Below, one piece after another: positions 57,839 to 58,516 of a stretch of 58,516 nucleotides of DNA. The position numbers and the translations under genes are program-made. Every line of letters begins with the position of its first letter. Position 1 is the first letter of the stretch. Origin of the DNA: a virus. Taxonomy: Duplodnaviria > Caudoviricetes. Below the pieces are notes generated by a model. The model ran no database searches and was not told where the DNA came from. It worked only from the letters and a program-made list of their open reading frames with translations. Location of the stretch: positions 1 through 58,516 of IMG/VR virus record IMGVR_UViG_3300031963_000166. One strand, 5' to 3'.

Positions 57839-58378
57839 CTACCTTGATAAGTTTTTGATTTTGTCTTTGTATTCCTGGATTTTCTCTTTGATTTGATCAA
57901 GAGGCAGGCTCAGTCTTTCGTTTCTAATTGCCATAAGTTCTTCGATCCTCTTTTTGCCTATCCTCGCCTCAAGACCGTTCCTGTACTCAATAAGATTGCC
58001 GTGCTTGTGCTGGTTGCACTCGACGCACTGACCGTGCACGTTATCTTCGTGAAACCGCAGGTTCGGGTACGATCCAACGGAAAAGTAGTGGCCAGCATCA
58101 TATTTGCCGGTTAATTTTTTACCGCAAGAAATACATGGCCTTCCTTCATCCCTTAGCCTAATGTATTTATTGAACCACTGTTGAAGTTCTCTTCTCCATT
58201 GAGATATAGACTTCATTCTTTCCTTGGCCAGCGCCAGTTCGAGTTTTGTTTTCTTTTTCTTTTTAGCCTCAGAAAATGATATGATGCAATCTGTTTTTTC
58301 GCACGTCTGCTGCATGGTGGAGTACTTCGGAAAAAACAACTCCTTGCACACCTTGCATTTTTTTTCTCTAATCTTCAT
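57839..58378 (-). CDS. ninG: NinG/Rap-like recombination endonuclease
   Basis: CKVC ... FNKYIRLRD ... CISCG ... DAGHY ... HGQCVECN. Confidence 0.9.
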   Translation of the reverse strand: MKIREKKCKVCKELFFPKYSTMQQTCEKTDCIISFSEAKKKKKTKLELALAKERMKSISQWRRELQQWFNKYIRLRDEGRPCISCGKKLTGKYDAGHYFSVGSYPNLRFHEDNVHGQCVECNQHKHGNLIEYRNGLEARIGKKRIEELMAIRNERLSLPLDQIKEKIQEYKDKIKNLSR

Positions 58379-58516
58379 TTGTTTTGATTGTGCGCTAATT
58401 TAATCACGATCTGCGTCCATCAATCGGCTTTTGTCGTATTTAATTTATTCATTTTCTATATGTCAATTTTTTGTATGTCTTTACAAAATACCACTGTGTT
58501 GATAATCTTTATTGAA

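Noticed and set aside
1-58516. Integrase, reverse transcriptase (DGR or retron), tRNA genes, terminal redundancy
   Set aside because: No tyrosine or serine recombinase motif, RT motif or cloverleaf recognised by eye; the two ends share no visible overlap, so completeness is not established
1-58516. Alternative genetic code (stop-codon reassignment as in some crAss-like phages)
   Set aside because: Long genes are intact under the standard code, and TAA, TAG and TGA are all used as stops

Overview
The window is most or all of a ~58.5-kb tailed dsDNA phage genome, probably a podovirus. The host is probably a Bacteroidota member, because TAnnTTTG -7 promoter boxes sit upstream of many operons and leaders are A-rich without Shine-Dalgarno sites. 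Layout: (i) a non-coding left end with a 26-bp tandem repeat array and two small basic-protein genes; (ii) a minus-strand accessory and replication arm (1.6-14.4 kb) with a metallophosphoesterase, a DnaA-C-terminal HTH protein, an SSB-like protein, a primase-helicase and a replication initiator; (iii) a plus-strand morphogenesis arm (14.6-56.5 kb) with GroES-like proteins, a Tad1-like anti-defence protein, terminase, portal, scaffold, major capsid, ring and nozzle proteins, ejection proteins including a 2593-aa polyvalent protein, ferritin, a tail fibre, a subtilase and lysis genes; (iv) minus-strand spanin-like genes and NinG at the right end. I recognised no DNA polymerase, virion RNA polymerase motif, integrase, tRNA or CRISPR array. 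The most striking observation is a set of integron-type gene cassettes with attC-like sites and complementary cassette ends, carried by a phage with no visible integrase and with every ORF inverted relative to the attC top strand. Other notable items are a three-hairpin, kissing-loop terminator leader in front of the replication initiator, a small basic gene overprinted inside the giant ejection protein, and GQPS-delimited effector modules in that protein. All protein calls come from motif recognition and synteny by eye; no database searches were run.
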